Assembly (NCBI GenBank): GCA_001938485.1
Contig: MQRK01226294.1
Span: 8,584-72,583 of the forward strand
Source: Girardia tigrina
Lineage: Eukaryota
Direction: 5' to 3'
Length of the DNA stretch: 64,000 nucleotides
Both the position numbers and the translations under genes were made by a program. Shown here one piece after another: positions 13,601-25,533 of this stretch (positions are counted from its first letter, which is position 1; every line of letters starts with the position of its first letter). The notes under the pieces were generated by a model. The model was given only the letters and a program-made list of their open reading frames with translations. It made no database searches and was not told the origin of the DNA.

Positions 13601-16600
13601 ATTTATTGAAAATGGGTTTTTAACAACCAGTTTGTATGTTATTGATCAAGAAATGATTGGACAAATAATGATCAATCAAAGACAAAAGTTGATAACCGAT
13701 TTCATACACGATGTGAGAGAGGAACTTTTAAATTAATATATTTCAATATATATTTCAATATCAAAATTTTTTGGATCTTATCTAATGAGATTAATAAGTC
13801 ATACTACATAAAGAACTTCGTTAATTGTAATTATATTTGCATTTTTACCTTTTTGATCACATTTAGTATTCCGAGTCATAAAAATTTATTAAATTTCTTT
13901 ATAACGAAATAATTTGAAAGGTCCCTTGAATTTATTGTAGAGAGATTCCATTGTATTTAGTATTTGTCTGCAATTCTAAGAGTTAATCATTTTTACAATA
14001 AAAAATTTACAAAAAAAATTGCAGAACTGGACCTGAGCACCAATAGTAGAAAACTAGAAAATGATGAAAGGGATTTAATAACATTATTCTATTACGATCG
14101 TCAGACAAAAAATATTGAACGACCCCTTTTTGCATCTCAACCACGATAAAAACTACAATCGAATAGTTTTTTTGGAATTGAACATTTTGATAACATGATT
14201 TAAACTTTATAGAAGCGATATTATATTATCGAAATTTTCAATTCCAATGAACTATTCAAGAGCGATTTTCATCGTGAAAGATTTACCCTAGTAGTCACAT
14301 ATGAACCACCGATGGAAAGAGAAGACCGAAAACCTTTCCAGATTTGAACTTACAAGATTTCGATATTGATTTTTTTGAAAAATCAAATGAATAAAGAGAA
14401 TAAAACGACGAATTGCAGAATGTCATATGATTCCGGTTGTATCCTCAAAATATTCAATAAATGCAAAATCGATGAATATTTGCCCAAATCATTGAGTATC
14501 GTTGAAATGACATTTGAATATTGTATTGTCATCGAAAAGAAGCTCATATACAAAATTTCAGCTCTCCGTGACATAAGGTGGTCAAAAATTCGGTCGCAAG
14601 ATTTGAAAAAAAAGCGTAATATAAATAGCGAAGTAAAGATAAATCATTTAAAAAATAATAATGGTACAAAAAAACATTGAAAAATGTTGTTTTCTTGTTG
14701 AGATAGCTAACGAATAATATAATATAATAAAATGGTCATGGTTCCTTTCTCGCACCATTATTAGAATATATTTGTAAAATTTACCTGTTTTCATGAATTT
14801 TTAAGTAAAAATTCATATTCAAATTTTATATTTTCTGAAAAACAATGCATTTACAGATGAATAAAAAAACTAAAACTTGCATTTTAATTTAAATTTTTTA
14901 AAACAATTAAATTAATAATTCGGAGAAATATTATAATTTTCGCTAATAAACATAAAATTAAAAATAATTAATATAAAATTTTCAAAATAATTTTTTTAAT
15001 GTTATAATTATTGTGATTTATTATTTATTTGCTTAAATAATATTAAATTAGAATGTGATTTTTTTTATTTTAATTTATTTTTGTGAGAGGTGGTTGCAAC
15101 ATCGATATTCGAGTTCATTTTTTAACACCAAAATTTATTTATATAACAATTCGCATATTTAAAACATTTTTCCTGTTAATTTAATTATCTCGCCCCAAAT
15201 TAATCTATTAAATTCTTTTCGATTTAATTTTTAAAATCCTGAAAATTTATTTCAAAAATTATTTAAAATTTATTTTCAAAATTTATTTAAAATTGCTTAT
15301 TAAAAATATTTTTATTTATAAATAAAAATTTAATATTTAATGGTTTTCTTAACATTTTTAATTTTAAGATATTTAATAGATACATTAAAAGATATTTTTT
15401 ATTTTTAAATAGATATTTAATTTTTTTATGCTTTTCGTTTATTATATCATTTTTAATTTTTTAAAATATTTAAAAACACATTAAAAAATATTTTATTTTT
15501 TAAAAACGTTTTTGTTTTTTAATAGTTGTTTTATTATGTCATTTTTAATTTTAAAATATTGAATAAGCATATTAACATTAAAATATTTTACCTCTTTAAA
15601 TTCAAAAAATAATAAATTATTCTGACGAGATAAAAATTTAAATTAACCCCTCATAATTTTTACTCAATTTTTAAACGTATTTATTTTGAAATCTATTGAA
15701 GATACGATTCGGAATGATAAATTCATAAAATATAGTACCATTTTTAAATGTCAAAATATTGGTGCAGAGCAGGGTTATTCTTTAGTTTCCCCTTGAAATA
15801 TTTTTTAAGAGAAATTTATTATCTGTTTTAGACATTTTCACATTCAAAATCATATTTGTATCTTGTTTCTGTTAAGAAATAAATTGTATTGAAGTTGAAA
15901 TATTAAATTAAAAAAAACTTACTTTAAATTAAATTTATTAAAATATTGTTTGTAAAGCAAATTCTTAGTAAAATACCGTTCTGATGGTCACTGATGGAAA
16001 AGTTTTAGTTTTATTAATTATAAATAATAATAATAAATAATAATAACAAATAATTAAAATAAAAATAACAAACTATTAAAAAATAGGTAATTATAGGTAA
16101 TAAATTATTCGAATAATAATAAATAATAAAAAAATATTTGAATAAAAAATATTACTTAAGAATATTTAACTAATAAATGATTAAGTGAATAATAATTAAT
16201 ATAAATAATAAATATATATTTCCAATTTCAATCACCTAACATTCTATTCATGAATTATATCATTTGTTCTTATAAAATTAATTTAAAAGAAAATTTTGTT
16301 TAATTTTTCTATTTAAACTTCAAATTTAGAATCTGGTAAAAATATTTTTCTGTAAAAACAAATGTATGGTGTGAGGGCTAAAGATAAAATAATAAGAATG
16401 ATAATATTTATAAAAATAATAATAAATAAAACAATTATAATTAATAAATAATTATATAAATTAAATAATAAATAATAAAATTAAAAATAACAAATTATTA
16501 AAGCAGAAGTTATTAGTAAAAAATTAATCAATAATCAAATAATAATAAATAATTCAATGAATAATAAAAACAATTAATTAAATAAGAAAAACAAATTAAA

Positions 16601-16937
16601 GAATAGGTAATTAAAAATATTAAATGAATAATGATTAATATAAGTAATAAACACATGTTTTTCTATTTCAATGGAGAGCCGAAATTCATTTTACCTTACA
16701 TTCTATTAATAAAAACATCATGTGTTTAAATAAAATCATTTAAAAGTAGATATTTGTAAAAAAAATATCTGGTATGAAAACTAAAGATAAAATATTAAAA
16801 AAATGATAATATTTATAAAAAATAATAAAAAAAATAATTATAATATTAAGTAATAAATAACTAAATTAAAAATAACAAATTATTAAAAAATAGGTAATTA
16901 ATAACAAATTAATACAGAATATGTAATTATTAAATGA

Positions 16938-16992
<55 letters not shown>

Positions 16993-17508
16993 ATAGAGAA
17001 TAGAAATTCATTTTACCTTACATTCTACTCATAAAAAAATATCATTTGTTTAAATAAAATTAATTCAAAAGTAGACTTTCTATTTAAAATTCCCAACGGA
17101 AAATCAAATATTATCTCGGGGCAGAATGAAACCATGACAAAAAATATCACAAAAGCACACAAAATAACTACCGATTGGCAGTCCTAAAATGTGTTCTGGC
17201 GATGGCAGTTTGAATCGAAATTTGATCGTATCGTGACTGATAATCTTGAAAATAAATCGATTAGGTGACAGAGTGCTAAAATATCAACAGGTCAAAAACT
17301 TCTTTGTCGACTAATTTCAGAGGATATTTAACTGACGAATCGATTAAAGTAACTTTTTTCTTTCTACTCGAAAGAATGTAATATATAGCGGCAGTTGTAG
17401 CAACTGCAACTCCCATACCAATAACTATCGGTATGGACTATTAAAAATTAACAAAACACTTTTTTAAACGCAATAAAATTAATTTACCATGATCAATTTT
17501 GCAGACAT
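1443..17508 (-). CDS. CYB5R3: NADH-cytochrome b5 reductase, complete 8-exon gene: join(17508-17488,17437-17300,17244-17172,11253-11147,9020-8891,8837-8668,1772-1673,1615-1443), 912 nt, 303 aa
   Basis: Hand-spliced at GT-AG sites with consistent phases. Translation: [29 protein letters not shown]...[45 protein letters not shown]-..[17 protein letters not shown]-..[30 protein letters not shown]-..[11 protein letters not shown]. The RPYTP, GKMS, GGTGITP and CGPPPM motifs for FAD/NADH binding are all present. Confidence 0.95.
1673..1772 (-). CDS. CYB5R3: Cytochrome b5 reductase exon 7
   Basis: 100 nt encoding [33 protein letters not shown](G), with CAG acceptor and GTAAGT donor. Confidence 0.95.
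2431..3756 (+). mobile_element. Full-length mariner element with disrupted transposase (2597-3615)
   Basis: 28-bp TIRs TTGGGTTGTTG(CA/TG)TAAGTTCCCGCCGTT at 2431-2458 and 3729-3756, with TA on both sides. WVPHEL, HDNARP and [13 protein letters not shown] motifs; a stop and frameshift follow WVPHELI. Confidence 0.95.
3918..4318. repeat. Inverted repeat with arms of about 118 bp flanking an N gap (foldback/MITE-like)
   Basis: 3918-4035 is the reverse complement of about 4200-4318, with one substitution and one homopolymer length difference. Confidence 0.75.
5010..6270 (-). mobile_element. Full-length ITmD37E (DD37E) Tc1/mariner-superfamily element, inactive
   Basis: Perfect 36-bp TIRs TAAGGACTGAGTGCGAAAAATATTACTAACTTTAAA with TA flanks. 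ORF 6145->5315 contains [10 protein letters not shown]...[11 protein letters not shown], with 37 residues between the mutated D (Q) and the E position (now TAA). Compensating frameshifts place QLPRQEFY in an alternative frame. Confidence 0.92.
6489..7763 (-). mobile_element. Full-length mariner element (Mos1/mauritiana-like), disrupted transposase 7590->6566, spans an N gap
   Basis: TIRs TTAGGTGTATAACTTAGTTTTTT at 6489 and 7763 with TA flanks. [41 protein letters not shown] and C-terminal GKYFD*; in-frame stops present. Confidence 0.93.
8668..8837 (-). CDS. CYB5R3: Cytochrome b5 reductase exon 6
   Basis: 170 nt encoding [57 protein letters not shown]; overlaps ORF 8656..8847. Confidence 0.95.
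8891..9020 (-). CDS. CYB5R3: Cytochrome b5 reductase exon 5
   Basis: 130 nt encoding [43 protein letters not shown](G). Confidence 0.95.
11147..11253 (-). CDS. CYB5R3: Cytochrome b5 reductase exon 4
   Basis: 107 nt encoding [36 protein letters not shown], with TTTTAG acceptor and GTAAGA donor. Confidence 0.95.
12015..12192 (+). repeat. Exact 178-bp copy of 12376-12553 (YLDD region of the Gypsy RT)
   Basis: Read directly; both copies run TCAGAGAATAATG...GCAAATTCGGA, offset 361 bp. Confidence 0.9.
12308..13125 (+). mobile_element. Ty3/Gypsy pol fragment (RT and RNase H), degraded
   Basis: [33 protein letters not shown], then [21 protein letters not shown] and RTDHKAL, with frameshifts and stops. 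Confidence 0.9.
14734..17139. mobile_element. Putative 2.4-kb non-autonomous TIR element with internal degenerate AT-rich tandem units and (TA)n
   Basis: GTCATGGTTCCTTTCT at about 14735 versus the reverse complement of GCAGAATGAAACCATGAC at 17121-17138. An ACCT(A/T)ACATTCTA block recurs at about 16234, 16693 and 17014. No clear TSD. Confidence 0.45.
16945..16990. repeat. (TA)n microsatellite
   Basis: Read directly. Confidence 0.9.
17172..17244 (-). CDS. CYB5R3: Cytochrome b5 reductase exon 3
   Basis: 73 nt encoding [24 protein letters not shown](G), with AG/GT borders. Confidence 0.95.
17300..17437 (-). CDS. CYB5R3: Cytochrome b5 reductase exon 2 (membrane anchor and start of FAD domain)
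   Basis: 138 nt encoding [46 protein letters not shown], followed by a 55-nt intron. Confidence 0.9.
17488..17508 (-). CDS. CYB5R3: Cytochrome b5 reductase exon 1 (MSAKLIM)
   Basis: ATG at 17508, GTAAAT donor, then a 50-nt intron ending TAG, in frame with exon 2. The Met at 17490 is an alternative start. Confidence 0.7.
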
Positions 17509-18511
17509 CCGAATTAAAAATCACAATTTTGAATTTAAATTCTGCGTAAATGATAATTTATACAGATAAACAAAATATGTGAAAAATAATTTTCATTTGA
17601 TAATTGTTTGTTTTTGTTTATTAAAATATAGTTGAAAGAATTTTATTAGGAAAAATTAAATAAATTTTATTATTATAAGGTTACTGGAAAAAAATATATA
17701 TATTTGTGTTAATAAATAATTTTGATTTCTATTTTAAAAATACATAATAACAAAAATAATAATCAATAATAACGACAAGCATTTAATAGATCTTTTAAAT
17801 ATCTATTTATAATGAAATAAATAGCATCTTAACCATCTCTAATGCATAACAAATCGGATCTCTTCGTGAAACAAATTAATAAAATGCTACATTACAAAAC
17901 AATCACTAAAAAGCTTCTAGTTATAACTAAGTTGAATCAATATAAGAACCGTTCAATTATTTACAAGCTATAAATTCATGCTTCGATTTCAGTAATTATT
18001 AAATGCTTAGTAGTAACCAGCGAAAACTTTCATTTCAAAACTTTCACTTGCAAAATTTTCTTTAAAAATACAAATGACACTGAATAAGTGTTGATAAAAT
18101 ATTTTCGTGACAATAAAGCATTAACCACATTAAAAACATTAACTACCACATTCAGAAATCGGTTTTCATTTTTCTCAAATGATTTTAAAATTCATGCTGT
18201 TGATTTTTAAAAAGCATAACAATAAAATTTAAACAGTGTAAAAACTTAAAGCAAAAACATTTCAAACAGGCAAATTGCAATGGAATATTCTTATAAATAT
18301 GACTGTACATATAAATCTAAATTCTGAAATTATAATGCGAACAAAATCATAAAACTAGCCACCACCCAAAAACAATATTCCATTTTTTTTCATTTGTATT
18401 TGAAACAATCAATCTAAAAATCATGTAAAACAACAAACTAAATCTTATCATCAGTTGTATAGAAGCACGGTATAGGAACATCAGCACCAATCAACAAAAT
18501 CAATACAGTCA

Positions 18512-18927
18512 TCATCTTATTGAAAAATTGGTATAAAAGTATAAAAAGAAACTACTACTGATACAAATCGTAAGTTTCAGTTGATATCTACTCAATTCAA
18601 ATATTGAGACTGCATGACTGCTACTAGAATTATTATGAGACGAACCATCAGTTTTGTTGACATTGACAAAATTATTTATCAATGTTGAATTCGTGAGACG
18701 GTAAACAGTTTGAATTAGTTTATGGAGACATCTCTTTTGTTGAAAAGCACAAGAATCTGGCTTGGATTCCGAAGACATATCTTGGTTTATTTTTGAGAAA
18801 AACTGATTATCACTATACGTTTCTAGTATCAATGCCTCAGAGTAACAACAATAGTTCCAAGGCATATCAACTCCGCATCTTGATTTATCATTAAGTCGAT
18901 ATCGAGCATTGTGATGATAGTGGCTCT
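18512..18927 (-). CDS. NALF1: NALCN auxiliary factor (FAM155/NALF-like), terminal coding exon
   Basis: CAG acceptor at 18930-18928 is phase-compatible with the 33617 donor (G+AG=Glu). Encodes ESHYHHNARYRLNDKSRCGVDMPWNYCCY... (the CC pair closing the Cys-rich domain), then a Ser/Asn-rich linker and a hydrophobic C-terminus LTICISSSFFLYFYTNFSIR*. Extends ORF 18512..18865. Confidence 0.7.
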
Positions 18928-21479
18928 CTGTTAAGAGATAAAATAATCAAAGTTTATCGAAAAGAAAAATAAATTATATGATATCATAATTTATAATTTC
19001 ATAAATAAATATCGTCATTTATATAACTTTATATATATTTTAAACATTTTATATATTTTTTCATAGTTTTATTTTTTAACAAATAAACTATCATTTCAGA
19101 TAAAGTAAAATATTTTAACATTTTGGTATTTCTTTCAAAGAAAGTCGACAGGATGTCGACAATTACAATTCCAGTCCATTACAATTCTTTCAACAAGTAA
19201 AGATTAAGTTTATTTATTAAAATGAACTGATACTGACAGAAATAGTATATTTTAGAAGTATACCACACTTTCTAGATACTTTGTTTATGTAAAAGATATT
19301 GTAGAGGTTTCAAAATATTTTCATTGTTGCTATTTATTTGCAAAAACAATTCATTATTCCATTTTTAGGTATTATGATAATTTAAAAATTATTATAAATT
19401 CAACTAAAGTGACCTGACTTACCCCATTGGATGCGATTGTCTCACATCAGACACAATGTCTTACATATAAAATTATATACTTCATAAAATAGTTTCATAT
19501 TTTCTTACAACTTTTATTGAGCACATCATCAACTTAAATATTAGATGGTTAAATAGTTGAAATTTGAAAAATACTATTTTTATTTGATATTTTATTCAAT
19601 ATTTCTTTTTTGTTGAAAATTGAGTTTTATTCAATTTTAACTTGGTAAAATATCCAGTACTTAGTGAATAAAAGAGAGTGTAGTGACTATAGTGTATATT
19701 TTCGTAAAGTTCAATACTAAGTGTCATGAAATTTGAAAATTCAATTAAATATAATGTAGTATTTATTAATTATTTTCATTAACTCCTCAAATGATATTTT
19801 GTAATCTTAAAAGTCATTATTTAAAGAGACTGCTATATTTTGTCAGTTCTTGACAAATGCCCAAAATTTCAATGAATTAACTGGTCTCTATATATAATAA
19901 ATAACAAGATGCAATTTTAATCCAGGTTAAATATCTAAGAAATGCAATGAAAAATAATTATTTTTATTGATTTTGCAACAGTAATTAATAAATAAATACA
20001 CCTAGCCAGGATTTGAAGTTTGAGAAAATTAAATACATATTTTTGTCATCAAATAATTTAAAAATTTTTATATCTTAAATCGAGCAGGAAAAACGAATAA
20101 TAACTCAACAATATTATATTTTTATCAACATTAAAACTCATACAGTCGAATATTTACAGTAAAATCATGTGTGATAAGTTTGTGTTAAAAATACACTAAT
20201 CATTTTATAATATCAATTTTATTTTTTGAAAATTCCTAGTGACAAAGACAGCCAAATAAGCTTAAATTGATAAGCAATTAAAAAATATATTTTTAACGAA
20301 AAACATGCATTAAATTCAAAAAGTTTTGACAAATAAAAAAATTTTTAATTACAAATTTTAGTACATAGATTTTTTTATAAATAATAAAATATTAGTTTAT
20401 TGGAATGTAATATTATATAAAAATTCATTTTTCATTATTTTAACATTACTCCACCTCATCAAATAAATTTTAAAAAATAATGAATATAAAGGACTTTGTA
20501 AAATATTTTCTGTCAATTTGGTGGTGGACACTTCAAAAACGTGTTCAAAAAATAATTTTAATTTTATTTATTTTTAATCATCTTTAGCTCTTAGAATTAT
20601 AACATTTTTTATATGTTTTATTTATAACTATTGGGAAAAAACTAGCATTTAGTAGATTTCAGGTTTATTAGGTGTAGTTACCTACCTATTCAGAAATGTA
20701 TTCATATTTATATAAAAACTATTATATAATAAAAATAATTATTATTAAATTAAAATAATTATAAAATATTAAAATAAACATTATTATACCATGATCTCTA
20801 AAGCAATGTGCAAAACATGTTAATACAATGACAAACGGGAAAAATAATCAAGAATTGAGATTTGTACTTTTTTAAAATGCTGCTTGTTTGATGATTGTTT
20901 CGATATTATTCAAAGCTTTCAGTTGGTCAGAGAAGTCTTTTTCTTGGCACTGGAAGAAAACTCGTACATTTTTATTGCTTCAAAAGAATCTTTGTAAGTT
21001 GGTTTAGTTACTTCAGGAGTTGTTTTTTCTTCCTCGCAGTTTGACTTAGAGTCCAGTGGCTCACTCAGAGACACTGTCGCCAAGGAGGAAACGATATTGT
21101 GAGCTCCGATCCCGGCCAGTTCATTGTCGTCTAACGTGGCAGTCATCAATAAAATAGCTTCTCTTTTGAAAATTGAATACGACAAGAAAAAGCGGTTCCC
21201 AATTTTATTTTTCTAAAAAATCATACCACACTTTGAATATTAAAACAAAAATATTTTTTTTGTTCATTTATTTTTTTTAGAACCCGTTGATTAATTTTCT
21301 TAATTTTCGGCATAACGATTTTAGTATATAAATATTAATATGTTGTAAATATTGATATTGATTTTATGTATTATTTATTTACGGATTATTTTATTTCAAG
21401 ATATTTTTTTATTATTAAAAATCGAGATTTTAAAATAATTCTATTTTAAATATCTCACAGATATCATTATCACTTAACA

Positions 21480-21719
21480 GTTCAGATGTTCCAATGTTGT
21501 CATCTGCAGAGAAGTAAGTTTCTGGAAGAAAATTATTCGGTATCTTCAACAAACTCCTCAACTGCTGAAAATGGTCTCAAAGTCAAGATAATCATAGGAG
21601 ATATCTTCCACATCATCATTAGGGATTTCCGGAACCTTCCGAATTCCTGATTTCTTCCAGCATGATTGAATTGTTGTTTCTCTAACTTCTAGCCAGTTAA
21701 ACTTTATGAGATTCAAAGC
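21480..21719 (-). mobile_element. Tigger/pogo transposase C-terminal remnant
   Basis: DALNLIKFNWLEVRETTIQSCWKKSGI on the minus strand (A...W..V...TI..CW.KSG pattern). Confidence 0.6.
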
Positions 21720-21727
21720 ATCTAGTA

Positions 21728-22068
21728 CAGTGGTTCTTAACCTTTTTAGCTACCGGCACCCTTAAAATTTTCAAACAATATTCTCGCACCCCTTACCCGA
21801 AATTATTGAATTATAAAAATTGAAAAACAAACATTATTCATAACATNNNNNNNNNNNNNNNNNNNNNNNNNNNNNNNNNNNNNNNNNNNNNNNNNNNNNN
21901 NNNNNNNNNNNNNNNNNNNNNNNNNNNNNNNNNNNNNNNNNGGCTTTTTTGTTGTTGCTTTTCCTCAATTATTTTTATACGTGAATTTGTATAATTATAG
22001 TTTCGCACCCCCAGATATTCTAGCTCGCACCCCTAAGGGGTGCGTGCACCACCGGTTAAGAACCACTG
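21728..22068. mobile_element. hAT (Charlie/Buster-type) MITE
   Basis: Perfect 15-bp TIRs CAGTGGTTCTTAACC and 8-bp TSD ATCTAGTA at 21720-21727 and 22069-22076; contains an N gap. Confidence 0.92.
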
Positions 22069-22076
22069 ATCTAGTA

Positions 22077-22760
22077 GATCAATATTGTCAATCTGATCAA
22101 TCGAGCTGCTCCGACAGAGATGAACAAGATGAGAGTGAATTAAATGAAGAAGACAGTGATCAGGATGAGCATAATTCTCAATATATGTCATATAGGACGA
22201 GAGGCAGCCTAAAACATTTTAGAATTTTCGGCTTCCACAGCCGAATGCAGAAGAAGAGTTCTCACCGCGGAAGCCGCATTTCGATTATTTGTTATCGATA
22301 TCATGATGGAGACGATTGTAACTCACACAATGAAGAAGGAAATCGTCGCTATCATCAGGCTTGGAAAGCTACAGATCCCTCAGAGATTCGTCGGTATATT
22401 GGTATATTGCAATTGGCCGGAGTGTTTCGTTTGTCACATGAGTCTCTGCATTCTCTCTGGAGCATTACAGATGGACGACCCTTGTTCCCAAATCTAATGA
22501 CCCTACGTATATTTCAAAATTTGACTTCTATCATGCGATTCGACAATCGCGAAACACATAAACCCCACCGTCAGAATGATAAATCTTCGCCTATTCAGGA
22601 TTGATAGACTGTATTTGTTTGACAACTGCCAAAGTATTTAAAGCCTAGTGAACCAACCACAGTTGATGAACAGCTTCCTTTTCTAGGACGAAGCTCATTC
22701 CACCAATACATGCCCTCAAAGCTGGCTAAGTACGTTTTTAAGTTATTTATTTTCTGTTGC
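22077..22760 (+). mobile_element. piggyBac transposase fragment (PGBD-like), degraded
   Basis: Acidic N-terminus, EIRRYIGIL..AGV, LWS..DGRPLF..M...F....IMRFD, TVDEQL.PF.GR..F.QYMPSK.AKY. Confidence 0.85.
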
Positions 22761-22771
22761 AGCAGTACCAG

Positions 22772-22906
22772 AATTAATTCTTTAGCGAAATTAATTCTTT
22801 AGCGAAATTAATTCTTTAGCGAAATTAGTTCTTTGCGAAATTAGTTCATTAGCGAAATTAGTTCATTAGCGAAATTAGTTCTTTAGCGAAATTAGTTCCG
22901 CACCCC
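22772..22906. repeat. 17-bp tandem array (about 7.5 x AATTARTTCWTTAGCGA) ending in CCGCACCCC
   Basis: Read directly. No spacers, so not CRISPR; resembles the subterminal repeats of a DNA transposon end. Confidence 0.85.
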
Positions 22907-25533
22907 GTTTGAAATCGTAGAATAAAATTGTTCTCATTTCCTTCTTTTCTAACATTTCTAAAATAAAATAAATACATGTAATAATGTTGTTAAATATTCG
23001 AAATTAAATTTGCTTAAATATGTAATAAAAAGCGTGAAAACAGAATTTGATTTTTTGTGTTGTACTTAAATAAACTTTTTGTTGTTTAGTGGTGTTCTAT
23101 TTCTGGTGAAACTACAATACACCTTAAATAATAACAATAAAGCCATAGAGTAAAGTTTAAGCTTTAAAGTAAATTTAAATATGAATCTATTTATTAATGA
23201 TTTTCTAAATATTTCAAACAATGAATATTAAATACATTAAAAACGACATTTCTTTTGCATCAACCTAATAAATAAAATTTGAATAAGTGTGTGATGGATT
23301 TTCGTTTTCAACCGAGTAATGTGCCTATCATTAAATAAATTTACACGTTAAATTAATTTACACGTTAAATAAATTCAGAAAAAAAACGTTTAAAAAAGAT
23401 TTACATCTTATAGCTAAATATGAAATACGTCATATCCTATAAAAAACTGAAAGAAAATCTATTGACTGGTGAATTAGTTCCGGAACTCTCCTGTGTTGTT
23501 GATTTTTCTTTGATTAAGAGGTCGGTTATACGATGCTGTAATAACCGTATGGTTAGTTTCTTGTAAAAGTGTTCATAACCACACATGCAACTCTTGTTGG
23601 AATAGGAAGTCTTTTTCAACGTTAGGGTCATTTTTAGAAAGTGATGTGCCGAGTTGATAATATATAAATCGTTATTACAATAGTAATTCTGTTCAGTACA
23701 AGAGATTCAGAACACTGGTAATTGTTCAAAGAAAGGTCAGTGGCAAAGAAGCTAACATATGGGTGAAAGAACGACGATATAATCTTTCTTATCATTAATT
23801 TTTGTATCAGGCTAACCAAGCTTAATTATTTTATTGTTACCTTGTTATTTATGAAACAAAAATTCAATGATCTTTTATTTATATGTCTTTAAAACCTGTT
23901 ATACGAATTATATTTTCAGTGTTTTTGCAAAGATTTTTATCCAAAAAGTATAAGTAAAAATATTTGTAAAAACTGTGTTAAAATAAAAAAACATGTCGAA
24001 AAAGAAAGAAATCAATTTTTAGAACCATGTTATTTCAAAACCGTGCAAAAAAGACCGTATAAAAAGAAAATTAGGTGTATACAGGATAAAAATAAGATGT
24101 TCTATAAATTTTAAATACTGATTTTTGTTTTTAATAAAATATAGTAATTCTGGGACATATAAAAATTCAATAATCTAAATGATAGATAATCATTTGAATA
24201 TTTGCCTTTCAAATATTGATTTTATTTATTCATTATTTTTTACAAATTTAAGAAAATTAATCACGTCTTCTAAGCATTAACACTGCCCAATCTACACTGA
24301 AGATAATTAGAGATAAATGTTGACTGTTAGAATTTAGACAGTTGTCGAATAAACCAGACAAGCACACTTAAAATACAGCAGCCTAATAAAATATTAAATC
24401 TTAAATGATCGATAATGAAAATTCCCCGCAAATTTGTTGATAGTAAGTGTAATTTCAATATTCTTTTATTCATTGGGCCCAACTGTTTCAATTGCTATTT
24501 GACTTCTATTTACGACACTTAGTAACCCAAACATTCGAATAAATAAATTATTAACAAATGAAATAAGGAGAAACAGTAAAATTATTATAATAAAATAAAT
24601 AAGATAAATATAATTATACAAACACAGTGTATTTATTTTGGAACACTGTTAACCTTTTCTGTTGTATTAAGTATATTTAAAGTGTTTGATATGAAATGGT
24701 GCCTTAACATACATTTCGAACAAAGAAAATTGAAAAAATTAATACTATCTTAATTTTATTGCGATCAACTTTGTCGATTCCAATCAATATTTCCACTTGA
24801 ACAATTAAATCAAGCAATTTCGCCAAACGATAAAGGTCGACCGTACTCTCCAAAAATTACTAAGCTGACTATTTCAAGGACTCGGTTTGGTAGCTTTGGT
24901 GCATCTGGTATACTAGACATGGATTTCACTCTATCAATTATTTCATCCTCTTTAGAACGAACTACGTGGGATTTCCTTCAATAACTATGACTTGCTCCAA
25001 CATTAATTATTCAATTCAACAACCAACCGATTTTTTACAAATGTGGAATCCAGAAACTGTTAGACGTTGGGAGGCTGTTATAAATATTTACGGAAAATAT
25101 TTTGTAGATTAATTGTTTTCTAATTTTAAATTAAACAAACTTCTACTCAAGTTAATAGTAATTTTTGATCAATTAAATATTTTTTATACTAGTTAAATAA
25201 CTTCTGTAATTAACTACAACACATGTATGGAATAATTAATTATAAATTAATTTAAATTATTAATTTAATAAAGAATTTGCAAAGTTCTTAAAAATTACTT
25301 TCTTTATATATTTTATTTTATATATTAAAGAAAAGATATGCCAAATATCAAGAACTACAACAATAGCTGTAACCATTTATAACATTTTTACTAAAATTAA
25401 AAATATAAAAAAGTTTAAGAAATATTAAACTTATTAAATTATAAAAGAAAACAAAAATTTCATAATAAAGTTTATTACAGAATTTTATCATTTCTACTGA
25501 ATGGATCAAATTACCTAATATTTTTCTGTAAAC

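Noticed and set aside
13964-14680. Plus-strand ORFs of 61 and 104 aa
   Set aside because: No recognisable motif; probably decayed TE sequence inside an intron.
21981-22604. 207-aa ORF as a novel gene
   Set aside because: Chance read-through from a hAT MITE into a frameshifted piggyBac remnant.
22772-22898. Possible CRISPR array
   Set aside because: Head-to-tail 17-mers with no unique spacers, no cas genes, and a eukaryotic context.
24760-25060. Moderately GC-rich stretch as an extra NALF exon
   Set aside because: Minus-strand frames contain stops, and the two NALF exons already join in phase.
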